Assembly: GCA_014859785.1 (NCBI GenBank)
Contig: JACUTP010000001.1
Coordinates: 1 to 33,794 of the forward strand
DNA: 33,794 bases
Direction of reading: 5' to 3'
Source: Candidatus Methanoperedenaceae archaeon
GTDB taxonomy: Archaea; Halobacteriota; Methanosarcinia; Methanosarcinales; Methanoperedenaceae
Shown: positions 8,606-15,405 of the stretch, one piece after another
Layout of the letters: every line of letters begins with the position of its first letter
Position numbering within the stretch: the first letter of the stretch is position 1
Program-made: the position numbers and the translations under genes
Notes under the pieces: model-generated
Database searches by the model: none
What the model was told of the DNA's origin: nothing
The model's input: the letters and a program-made list of their open reading frames with translations, nothing else

Positions 8606-9158
8606 CTAATGAACCCATTGGGTCAAGACCACAATTTACAATTTCATAAAAAATGGTTTCAGTATCATCTTCTGAAATATCGCCACCCTTTATAACATCT
8701 AATATTTTTTCTAAAACATCTATTTGTGGTTTTTGAATATCCTCGACATGTAGATTTTCGATAGAGGTTTCTAACAAGGAAACTAAATTATTCTTTTCAT
8801 CATTTTCTTGAATTAAATCCCAATATTTATTGATGTAATCTGAAAAATCTAATTTGAATTGATGAAGTGTAATTTGTTTATCTACTATACTATCTAAATT
8901 TAAGTACAATTCATTAAGAGACCGCCTCATCTTAGTGATAAAAACATCCTCAAAAGTGTCCAACTTCTTTGGTTTATTTATGTGAGTATATTCCGACTTA
9001 ATATTAATTGGATGGTTTGGTGAATAAACACTACGTTCCCCAATTAAACGCATCTTGCGTGCCCCAACTAAACGCATATGATCTTGCATCGATGGATGTT
9101 GTCCAGATATATAATCGATGTTAAAAGGACTTCTTTCAATTTGAATATTCGCAAACAT
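8577..9158 (-). CDS. Hypothetical protein (island ORF2), no recognised family
   Basis: 193 aa ORF with an ATG preceded by AGGAGA 4 nt upstream. Lies 12 nt after the ORF1 stop. Acidic C-terminal half. Contains an in-frame 24-nt tandem duplication (MRLVGARK/MRLIGERS). Confidence 0.7.
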   Translation of the reverse strand: MFANIQIERSPFNIDYISGQHPSMQDHMRLVGARKMRLIGERSVYSPNHPINIKSEYTHINKPKKLDTFEDVFITKMRRSLNELYLNLDSIVDKQITLHQFKLDFSDYINKYWDLIQENDEKNNLVSLLETSIENLHVEDIQKPQIDVLEKILDVIKGGDISEDDTETIFYEIVNCGLDPMGSLDGISQLYED

Positions 9159-9170
9159 TTTATCTCCTAT

Positions 9171-9800
9171 TTATCTATGTTTTAATGTTTCGATTTCTTC
9201 CAAATGCTTTTTAATTTTATTCAATTGTTCAATAACATTATTTATATCGTAAATATCACATTCCATTATGAAAGTTTCTGTTTTATCCATATTCGGCGCA
9301 TCTGAGAATGGATGACGCAGTCGAAACCTCAATTGTGCAACAGATAAATGTTCTATATCTTCTATTAAAGAGTCATAGTATTTAGTTATAATTGACCAGT
9401 CAAACTTATCAATCAAATTAGTTTTATAGGTATTCTCTAATATAAATTTTTCACGAAGCTGTTTTGATATTAATTTTGTTTTGATTATTTTACATTTTTC
9501 TTTAAAATTAGAATAACCAATTTCATCTGTAAAATCTGATAGTTCCATGTCTCTTTTATTAAGGATGGTTTGAATTAACTCTAAAATACTTTCAATTGAT
9601 TTAACAAAATATTCTTCATCAAGCCCCGAAGACATTAAGAGGTCGTGTCGCATATCACCATCAACTTTAAAACCTATTTGACCTGCATTGAAATAAAAAT
9701 TGCCACCATTCTTTTTTAACAAAGTTTCAACAATATTTACAATTTGATAAAAGCTCTCCATTTCTTCAAAATCCTCACTGTTTTTAATGTTGTTTGCCAT
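9171..9800 (-). CDS. Hypothetical protein (island ORF1), no recognised family
   Basis: The ATG at 9800 is preceded by GAGGTG with 6-nt spacing. The open frame extends to a TTG at 9923, so the maximal ORF is 9171..9923 (250 aa). Lys/Glu-rich and helical-looking. Low GC. Confidence 0.65.
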   Translation of the reverse strand: MANNIKNSEDFEEMESFYQIVNIVETLLKKNGGNFYFNAGQIGFKVDGDMRHDLLMSSGLDEEYFVKSIESILELIQTILNKRDMELSDFTDEIGYSNFKEKCKIIKTKLISKQLREKFILENTYKTNLIDKFDWSIITKYYDSLIEDIEHLSVAQLRFRLRHPFSDAPNMDKTETFIMECDIYDINNVIEQLNKIKKHLEEIETLKHR

Positions 9801-9934
9801 ATCAAACACCTCTATCTGCTTCCCAATATATCCGCGGTACTCGTTCCTTTTTATGACACATCCTTTTGATTTAAACTCCTTGATATACTTGTCTATCCTA
9901 TTTCCTCGTCCTTGAAACAGCAAGCCTTATTATC

Positions 9935-10126
9935 CTATTCCTTCACTGTTGTCCTGCCTGCGTGTTTTGCAAGCACAATAGCCTCGCGCGCAATCTCAAG
10001 CCCTATTTCCTCAAGTACATTTGAAAGCACCATTCCCGCGCCTTCACTAACCCTTCCTGCTCCTGCATTCCTTATAATCCACTCAACCGGTGCAAGCGTT
10101 AAAACCGGTGGTACTGTTCCTGTCAT
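9935..10126 (-). CDS. Archaeal HMf-type histone, C-terminally short (no helix alpha3)
   Basis: 63 aa. 'LAPVEWIIRNAGAGRVSEGA' and 'LEEIGLEIAREAIVLAKHAGRTTVK' match histone-fold alpha1, alpha2 and the L2 loop. The ORF ends at a TAG right after 'TVKE'. Confidence 0.85.
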   Translation of the reverse strand: MTGTVPPVLTLAPVEWIIRNAGAGRVSEGAGMVLSNVLEEIGLEIAREAIVLAKHAGRTTVKE

Positions 10127-10259
10127 ATATTATTATCTCTAAATTAAAATTTACAGTACCTTAAATTAGGAAAAAGGAATATATAAGGATTTTCAGCCTG
10201 AAAACTCATTTCAGGAAGTGTTGTTCATAATTCAAGATGCAGAAAGACTGCGCTGCAAC

Positions 10260-10577
10260 CTATAATCGCGCTCTTGCGCTGGCTGCTATGAAATCACGGA
10301 TAAGTTTTGCACCCAAGACTGACGTATTGCCTGAATCGTAAACAGGTGCAATCTCGAAAAGGTCAAACCCGACTATATCAGGAGCAAGGCATGCAATAAC
10401 TTCCCTAACATCCCGCGGCGTAATCCCGTATGGCTCTGGCGTTCCTACGGCAAGCGCAAACGCAGGGTCAATGGCATCAATATCAATAGAAAGGTAAACA
10501 TGACCCTTAATAACTTTGCGGATTTCCTTAATAATATTTTCTATACCTGAATTAAATACATCCCCTACTGAGAACAC
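10260..10577 (-). pseudogene. speB: Agmatinase/arginase-family (ureohydrolase) C-terminal fragment
   Basis: The 105-aa frame carries 'VYLSIDIDAIDPAFALAVGTPEPYGITPRDV' and 'IVGFDLFEIAPVYD', typical of the C-terminal half of agmatinases. The N-terminal half with the other Mn ligands is absent, and only a GTG opens the frame. Confidence 0.7.
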
Positions 10578-10581
10578 TTTA

Positions 10582-10695
10582 ATCCGGTTTTCCCTGACTT
10601 ACAGTGCCGACTTCAGGACACTCTGCGACATAAATATCGTCCTCTTTGTGGATAAGTGCCGTGAAAGTGCTGTTTTCATAATAAGGATAAATGTA
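10582..10695 (-). pseudogene. HicB/UPF0150-like antitoxin N-terminal fragment (start lost by frameshift, C-terminus deleted)
   Basis: The open frame reads 'YENSTFTALIHKEDDIYVAECPEVGTVSQGKPD*', resembling HicB-family N-termini. It has no start codon. An ATGAAAAC start lies one base out of frame, next to an A-run. Confidence 0.45.
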
Positions 10696-10884
10696 TTATT
10701 TACGACTTAAAATTCGTATAGCTACTGGCTTTGTGTTGTATTCAGAAATTATTTTCTTTTTTCCGTGCTGAGAATCTCTTGCTGGATATCCTGTTTCATA
10801 AAAAATCCGGATATTTCCAGTTCATTGATGATGTCCTGGAGTTCACTTTTATCTTTTATCGGGCAAAGTTCATACCCTTTCTTG

Positions 10885-11044
10885 ACGTATAGGAAAGTAT
10901 AAACGCATTTTCTTATCCCCTTGCTGGAAAAATGAGGCATGTGATAAAAACAGCGAACTAGGACGAACTGAAACGAACTCCGTGAGTTAGTTTTGAGTTC
11001 GTATCAGTTCGGTGCTAATAATTTTGCCGTAGGCTTTCTTGATA
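10885..11044 (-). repeat. Copy B of the ~155-nt module; overlaps the 3' end of the PIN gene 10987..11388
   Basis: Reverse complement aligns to 1365-1518 (core 85/88 identical). Contains hairpin arms 10964-10979 / 10996-11011 and the 28-mer at 10885-10912. Confidence 0.85.
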
Positions 11045-11388
11045 ATTCCGAGTGTTCCGGTTATTTTTACTTGCTCTTTTCTTGCTATTTTCCTGGCATC
11101 AAGGTCATCAAGCGCGGCTATCCAGCCATGTTTTTTGGCAAGTGTAATTACTCCAGCTTCGCCATGGTGTATCGTTTTAAGGTATTTTCCAAAATCATGG
11201 ACTTTTTCTACCGAAATCCATCCGCCGTTTTTATCGATGGCGGAAATCATATCTGGAAATATTATATCTTTTTTTACTGTATGCGGGATTATTGCTTTAA
11301 TTCCAAGACGGATAAGAATTTCCTGTAACAGTGGAAGCCTTTTAGTTTCTGAAAAAGCACTTAATACTCTTGTATCCAGTACAATCAA
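10987..11388 (-). CDS. PIN-domain toxin (DUF3368-type)
   Basis: 133 aa. 'MIVLDTRVL' supplies the N-terminal Asp strand. 'HHGEAGVITLAKKHGWIAALDDLDARKIA...ITGTLGIIKKA' is typical of DUF3368 PIN proteins. Overlaps the upstream antitoxin gene by 4 nt. Confidence 0.8.
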   Translation of the reverse strand: MIVLDTRVLSAFSETKRLPLLQEILIRLGIKAIIPHTVKKDIIFPDMISAIDKNGGWISVEKVHDFGKYLKTIHHGEAGVITLAKKHGWIAALDDLDARKIARKEQVKITGTLGIIKKAYGKIISTELIRTQN

Positions 11389-11705
11389 TTCTTGCTCCCC
11401 TTTAAGGTCTCGTAATCTTCTTTTAACTCTTTGACACCTTCAACACCGAGCTTCGGGTTAATGCCTCTTTCAATTAGAAGCTTTTTCATACTTGTTGAAG
11501 AGAGACCTGCGATACTGGCAGCTTTGGCAATGGAAACTTTTTCCTGCCTGTAAAGTTCGATAGCTATCTCTTTCTCATCATAATCCTTGAGGAGATGGCG
11601 CAGACCGTCGCGTACTGCTTCGGCTATGTTGCTGTAAAGCCCTGCGTCTATCAGGCGCTTTATTCTTGTTTCAAATTCCCCTTTGATTTCAACGGTAGTT
11701 GGCAT
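11385..11705 (-). CDS. UPF0175-family antitoxin
   Basis: 106 aa. 'AIELYRQEKVSIAKAASIAGLSSTSMKKLLIERGINP' matches the UPF0175 helix-turn-helix-like core. 'AEAVRDGLRHLL' is RHH-like. This family is the usual partner of DUF3368 PIN toxins. Confidence 0.75.
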   Translation of the reverse strand: MPTTVEIKGEFETRIKRLIDAGLYSNIAEAVRDGLRHLLKDYDEKEIAIELYRQEKVSIAKAASIAGLSSTSMKKLLIERGINPKLGVEGVKELKEDYETLKGSKN

Positions 11706-11910
11706 GTTAGGTCACTTGATTTTTAGTATGTTTTTTCAAGTTAAGTGGTTTTGGAAGGGCATTGTCTCCTTCGAATACGCCACGGAAATCATGACAAGAG
11801 CCATAGCAACAACTACACCCAAAGCTCTCGTAAAGTCATTCGACTCTATTTTAATAGCCATAAGTCTCAAAAATAGAATACAGGTGAAATAATTTAAAAG
11901 TTCTTAATAG

Positions 11911-11936
11911 AAAAAAGGAAGGGGACTAATGCCCCC
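11911..11936 (-). terminator. Hairpin plus oligo-U terminator candidate downstream of the 116-aa membrane protein gene
   Basis: The minus strand reads GGGGGCAUUAGUCCCC (about a 6-bp stem with a tetraloop) followed by UUCCUUUUUUC. It begins ~18 nt after the stop at 11954. Confidence 0.4.
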
Positions 11937-11953
11937 AAATATTCAAACTTTTA

Positions 11954-12304
11954 TCATTCCTGCCTATCAAAAATATGATTATAACCCCATATAATAACAC
12001 TTATTAAAATGGTTATCGTGGCAACTTTTAAAAATATCCCTGTAAAGTTATTATCTGTTCCATCTTTGTTTTTGATATTTTTCAGAATATGCTTTTTCAC
12101 TTTTTTAGCATAATATACTATCAAATAACTACCGCCACCTACACCAGCAAATATATATTTAAACCAGCCTTCTCCTCCTAAAAAGATGTCTAAAATTGAA
12201 CCAACAACAGCCATGCTTACAAGAATTAGTATCGGAACTAAACATTCGTAAACAAGTTGAGTTAATTTTTCATGAAATTCATATATTTTCATAAAATCCC
12301 TCAA
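11954..12304 (-). CDS. Hypothetical small membrane protein (about 3 TM segments)
   Basis: 116-aa ORF in AT-rich DNA with hydrophobic stretches 'VPILILVSMAVVGSILDIF', 'YIFAGVGGGSYLIVYYA' and 'VATITILISVIIWGY'. No family recognised. Confidence 0.55.
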   Translation of the reverse strand: MRDFMKIYEFHEKLTQLVYECLVPILILVSMAVVGSILDIFLGGEGWFKYIFAGVGGGSYLIVYYAKKVKKHILKNIKNKDGTDNNFTGIFLKVATITILISVIIWGYNHIFDRQE

Positions 12305-12334
12305 TAATTGAGATGTTTAAAAAAGAAAGAGCAC

Positions 12335-12904
12335 TTATTGTGCCCTCAAACTCTCAAGCGCCTGCACCACCATATCCCTGTACTGCGCCTCATTCGTGGA
12401 ATAAAACTCCCTTGCCTTAACAGCATCAGGCTCTGCGCCACGCAGCTTATCAAGCCTTGCAAATGTCAGCTTTGCGGCATCCACAACCCACCTGTCACGG
12501 GTATCCGCATCCACAACCTGGATATACTCAGGCCTGATTGATGTAACAATATGCCCTTCCTTTGTTTCGTACGTGCTTGGCTTGCCGACAACAGCAATAA
12601 ACTCAGGCGGCACTGTTTTCGCAAGAACAGCCGCGGCTTCGGGCTGGTACTGTCCTGCATACACAGTAAACGCGCCGGTCGGGTCAACAATGCGCCCGCG
12701 CCAGAACTGCGCATCAGTTCCAACATCCTCCTTCTCTGTAAGCGTACCCATCACAAATACACGGTTGCACTTTGCACCCGTGGGTGTGAGGAGATACTGC
12801 GGAGCATACTGGTCTTCCCCGTCCCGTGCCTGGAGTGTCGATTCATTAAACTCAGCGGCAAATACACGGTGAGCAACTTCCCTGAAATATCCTCCTTCTG
12901 CCAT
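12335..12904 (-). CDS. RPA-associated OB-fold protein (COG3390/RPAP-like)
   Basis: 189 aa, beginning 2 nt downstream of the rpa-like gene. The length and OB-like core ('NRVFVMGTLTEKEDVG...FWRGRIVDPTGAF') fit the euryarchaeal rpa-rpap operon type. Assignment from memory. Confidence 0.6.
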   Translation of the reverse strand: MAEGGYFREVAHRVFAAEFNESTLQARDGEDQYAPQYLLTPTGAKCNRVFVMGTLTEKEDVGTDAQFWRGRIVDPTGAFTVYAGQYQPEAAAVLAKTVPPEFIAVVGKPSTYETKEGHIVTSIRPEYIQVVDADTRDRWVVDAAKLTFARLDKLRGAEPDAVKAREFYSTNEAQYRDMVVQALESLRAQ

Positions 12905-12906
12905 GG

Positions 12907-13845
12907 TTAAGCCTCCTGTGAAACGGGTGCTGTGTGTGCCAGTAACATGTTAATCTCTTCAACAACCGGCTCTTCATCTTTTTTGATGGATTCCACAAGA
13001 ATGAACCTGTCAACTTTTGCTCCGGAAGCTATAAAATACCTGCCTATAAGCTTATTCTTGATCAGATCACATACAACTGCCTGGTCAAGAGCCTCGGTTG
13101 CCATATCCTTTGCCTCGTCAAGGGTGAGCCCTATAAAAGTTTCAGTCATTTCCCTGTTCAGCAGTATGTCCTGCACTTTTTCACCGTTGTCCATGACAGC
13201 TTTCACGCGCAGGTCATAAACTCCATCAACCTTGCCGTGTTCGCCGCATGCGCCTTTCACCAGCGCCCTGTTGCATTCCGGACACCGTTTTATAAGTCCT
13301 GAACCGTTCTGGATATCTACGATAGCGCCCCTGAACTCAACAGGTATCGAGCCGACATCAATATCCTCGTCAATAGGTAGTATCTCGCTCGTCTTATTGA
13401 ACTTAACACTGAACTGCCCCTGGTATTCAGATGTAGTGATGTTCTTGAAAAGGTAACAATTGCCCTCTACAACATCAGGCAATTCCGCCTTTGCCCATTT
13501 TGTGAACTTTATTGTTCCGGACTCATCGCCGAGTAACCCTACCTGGGATATTGACTCGTGGTTACTTTCCCAGAGCTGTACAACCTTTGCACGAAGTGTA
13601 ATCCACCTGCCGTCCTCATTAATATCAGACGCCTTCACCAGATGTGTTTCACGCGGGGTATAAAATTCAGTACGCGGAATATCATATTCCTTTAAAAAAT
13701 AGTTAATTACGTTCCTGCGTGCTTCTTCGGCTGGAACCTTGAATTCGTTAATCAACCGGTTCAACCGGGTTTCTATGTCTTTTATCTCAACTTTTACGCC
13801 CATTTCTGCAAATCGGGCTTCTATCTGTGTTGCTATTTCTTTCAT
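12907..13845 (-). CDS. rpa: Replication protein A (single-stranded DNA-binding protein with OB fold and zinc finger)
   Basis: 312 aa. OB-fold region 'ISQVGLLGDESGTIKFTKWAKA...YLFKNITTSEYQGQFSVKFNKTSEI' is followed by zinc motif 'CPECNRALVKGACGEH'. Confidence 0.8.
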   Translation of the reverse strand: MKEIATQIEARFAEMGVKVEIKDIETRLNRLINEFKVPAEEARRNVINYFLKEYDIPRTEFYTPRETHLVKASDINEDGRWITLRAKVVQLWESNHESISQVGLLGDESGTIKFTKWAKAELPDVVEGNCYLFKNITTSEYQGQFSVKFNKTSEILPIDEDIDVGSIPVEFRGAIVDIQNGSGLIKRCPECNRALVKGACGEHGKVDGVYDLRVKAVMDNGEKVQDILLNREMTETFIGLTLDEAKDMATEALDQAVVCDLIKNKLIGRYFIASGAKVDRFILVESIKKDEEPVVEEINMLLAHTAPVSQEA

Positions 13846-13910
13846 GTCTTTTCCTCAAGCCTCTTGTTTGGTTTTCTTGTTTGAGAGGCAAATCATACTA
13901 TTACCTGTGA

Positions 13911-13919
13911 ATATATAAA
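13911..13919 (-). promoter_or_regulatory. TATA-box candidate for the rpa operon
   Basis: The minus strand reads CTTTATATAT about 65 nt upstream of the ATG at 13845. GAGGAAAAGAC (SD-like) immediately precedes the ATG. Confidence 0.35.
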
Positions 13920-13967
13920 GCTAACCAGAGCGGGGTGAAAGTAATATTTACATTAAAAACCACAGAT

Positions 13968-15236
13968 TTAAGGTATGTGCGCCCTCAAGAGGCGCAACTC
14001 CGGGTATCTAACAAGAGGCTTTGAAAGGTGGCGGCGCGCACATGAGGGAACCTCATAAAATCCTGGCTCGATTTTCCTCCCCACAATCCCAACTTCCCGG
14101 TCCTTTTTTACCGCCCCGCATCTCACACACCTGAAACCCTGTCCCTTACCCATGGATTTCATGCGTTTTCCACAGCATAACGGATTCCTGAGCACGTAAT
14201 TGTCAAGGGATCGTATCCTGATTTTTTCAAGATTCAGTGTCCCGTCATTCACGCTCCCGAATACTGTGACCTCGTCCCCGGAACGGAGATGTCTTATAAT
14301 ATTGCGGAAGCCTTTCGTTGGCTCAAATGCAGCGCAGTCCATGTATGCGCCGTTATCAGATATCCCAAAAATTACATGCCCGCCTTCAATCGTTTTCGGT
14401 GGTTTGCTTACAATCCCGTCCAGTATATATGAACGGCTGTCCTGCACATCCCGGACATTTGCCCGGACCAGGTGCATGTCAGTATTCTGGTTTGTCCTGT
14501 AAACAACATGTCTTTCAACAGGCTCACTCCTGGTTTTCGAAAACGCATGCCTGACAGCTTCCTCACTGCCGCCGCGTATGCCAAAAAGAATAGGGTCAGG
14601 CGAGTGCGGAGCAAATACGATACTCTTATTCTCATAATCCACAGTGTCCCATGTATCCGGGGTACCGGCAGCATCCCATACCGAATCCTCATCAATTTTA
14701 CGCAAAGTTCCACGATTTTCTATTTCCCTGTAAGCTACCAGTTCATACGTGAAATCAGGCAAACCGCACAACCCAAAACCTGCAGCTGCCAGTGCGCCGA
14801 TAAGCCCCCTTCCGTTCTTGAAACCCTGGTAACTTATCCCGTGCCGCCCCATTAATTCCTCTGCCTGTTCGATTTCCAGGACATCCTGCACAGCCTGCAT
14901 TGAAAAAACCCGAAGGTCAGTACACAGTTTTTCACGGGAGTCTTCAATAAAAACAACTCCAGGATTTGTATTCTCATCTGAAAAAACAGCCATCTCTTCA
15001 ACGGTCTCAATGACAAGCGCTTTAACCTGGCTGGTATCCACATCATTTGAAGGTTCAAATGTTATGGCAAGGGCTGCATTTCCCCGGGTTTTATATTTTA
15101 TGCTGGGGTTCAGGCGGATAAGAAGAGGGTATCCCGGAACAGTTCCGTAATTTTCCAGTTTTTCGATAAGCACCGCTGCAAGGTATGTTGTACACATTCC
15201 ATTCCTTGAATCCGTGTCATCAAGTCCTATAATCAT
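13968..15236 (-). CDS. tiaS: tRNA(Ile2) 2-agmatinylcytidine synthetase TiaS
   Basis: 422 aa. The characteristic N-terminus 'MIIGLDDTDSRNGMCTTYLA' and the C-terminal OB and zinc-ribbon region 'CCGKRMKSMGKGQGFRCVRCG' are both present. Confidence 0.9.
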   Translation of the reverse strand: MIIGLDDTDSRNGMCTTYLAAVLIEKLENYGTVPGYPLLIRLNPSIKYKTRGNAALAITFEPSNDVDTSQVKALVIETVEEMAVFSDENTNPGVVFIEDSREKLCTDLRVFSMQAVQDVLEIEQAEELMGRHGISYQGFKNGRGLIGALAAAGFGLCGLPDFTYELVAYREIENRGTLRKIDEDSVWDAAGTPDTWDTVDYENKSIVFAPHSPDPILFGIRGGSEEAVRHAFSKTRSEPVERHVVYRTNQNTDMHLVRANVRDVQDSRSYILDGIVSKPPKTIEGGHVIFGISDNGAYMDCAAFEPTKGFRNIIRHLRSGDEVTVFGSVNDGTLNLEKIRIRSLDNYVLRNPLCCGKRMKSMGKGQGFRCVRCGAVKKDREVGIVGRKIEPGFYEVPSCARRHLSKPLVRYPELRLLRAHIP

Positions 15237-15373
15237 TGAAGGACTAATCTTTACCCGTAAATTAATAAATCCTTAGTTTATCCACATCAATAATAATCCA
15301 GGACATTTTATTCAGGGAGAGGAGACTTTCAAAACGCTTTTTTGGTTCTGAGATACTGGTATTACAGAATAAA

Positions 15374-15381
15374 TTTATATA
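15374..15381 (+). promoter_or_regulatory. TATA-box candidate for lhr (leaderless or near-leaderless transcript)
   Basis: TTTATATA ends 24 nt before the ATG at 15406, within the divergent tiaS/lhr intergenic region. Confidence 0.4.
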
Positions 15382-15405
15382 CAGCATTGGTCTTTTTCAG
15401 CGTAA

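Noticed and set aside
9935-9937. Possibility that the histone TAG is read through (for example as pyrrolysine)
   Set aside because: TAG serves as the normal stop of several confident genes here (6691-6693, 7249-7251, 10260-10262). Read-through would add only 13 residues before another TAG, and that extension is not a good alpha3.
10749-10940. 63-aa ORF 'MPHFSSKGIRKCVYTFLYV...' downstream of the PIN toxin gene
   Set aside because: Its 5' third is the repeated module. In copy A the homologous frame stops after 7 codons (MPHFSGL*). In copy C it stops right after the 28-mer. The conserved sequence therefore behaves as non-coding DNA, and no family was recognised. A real small protein cannot be fully excluded.
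11736-11861. 41-codon hydrophobic ORF (MAIKIESNDFTRALGVVVAMALVMISVAYSK...) on the minus strand
   Set aside because: It is too short to support without expression or conservation data, and it has no SD-like sequence upstream.
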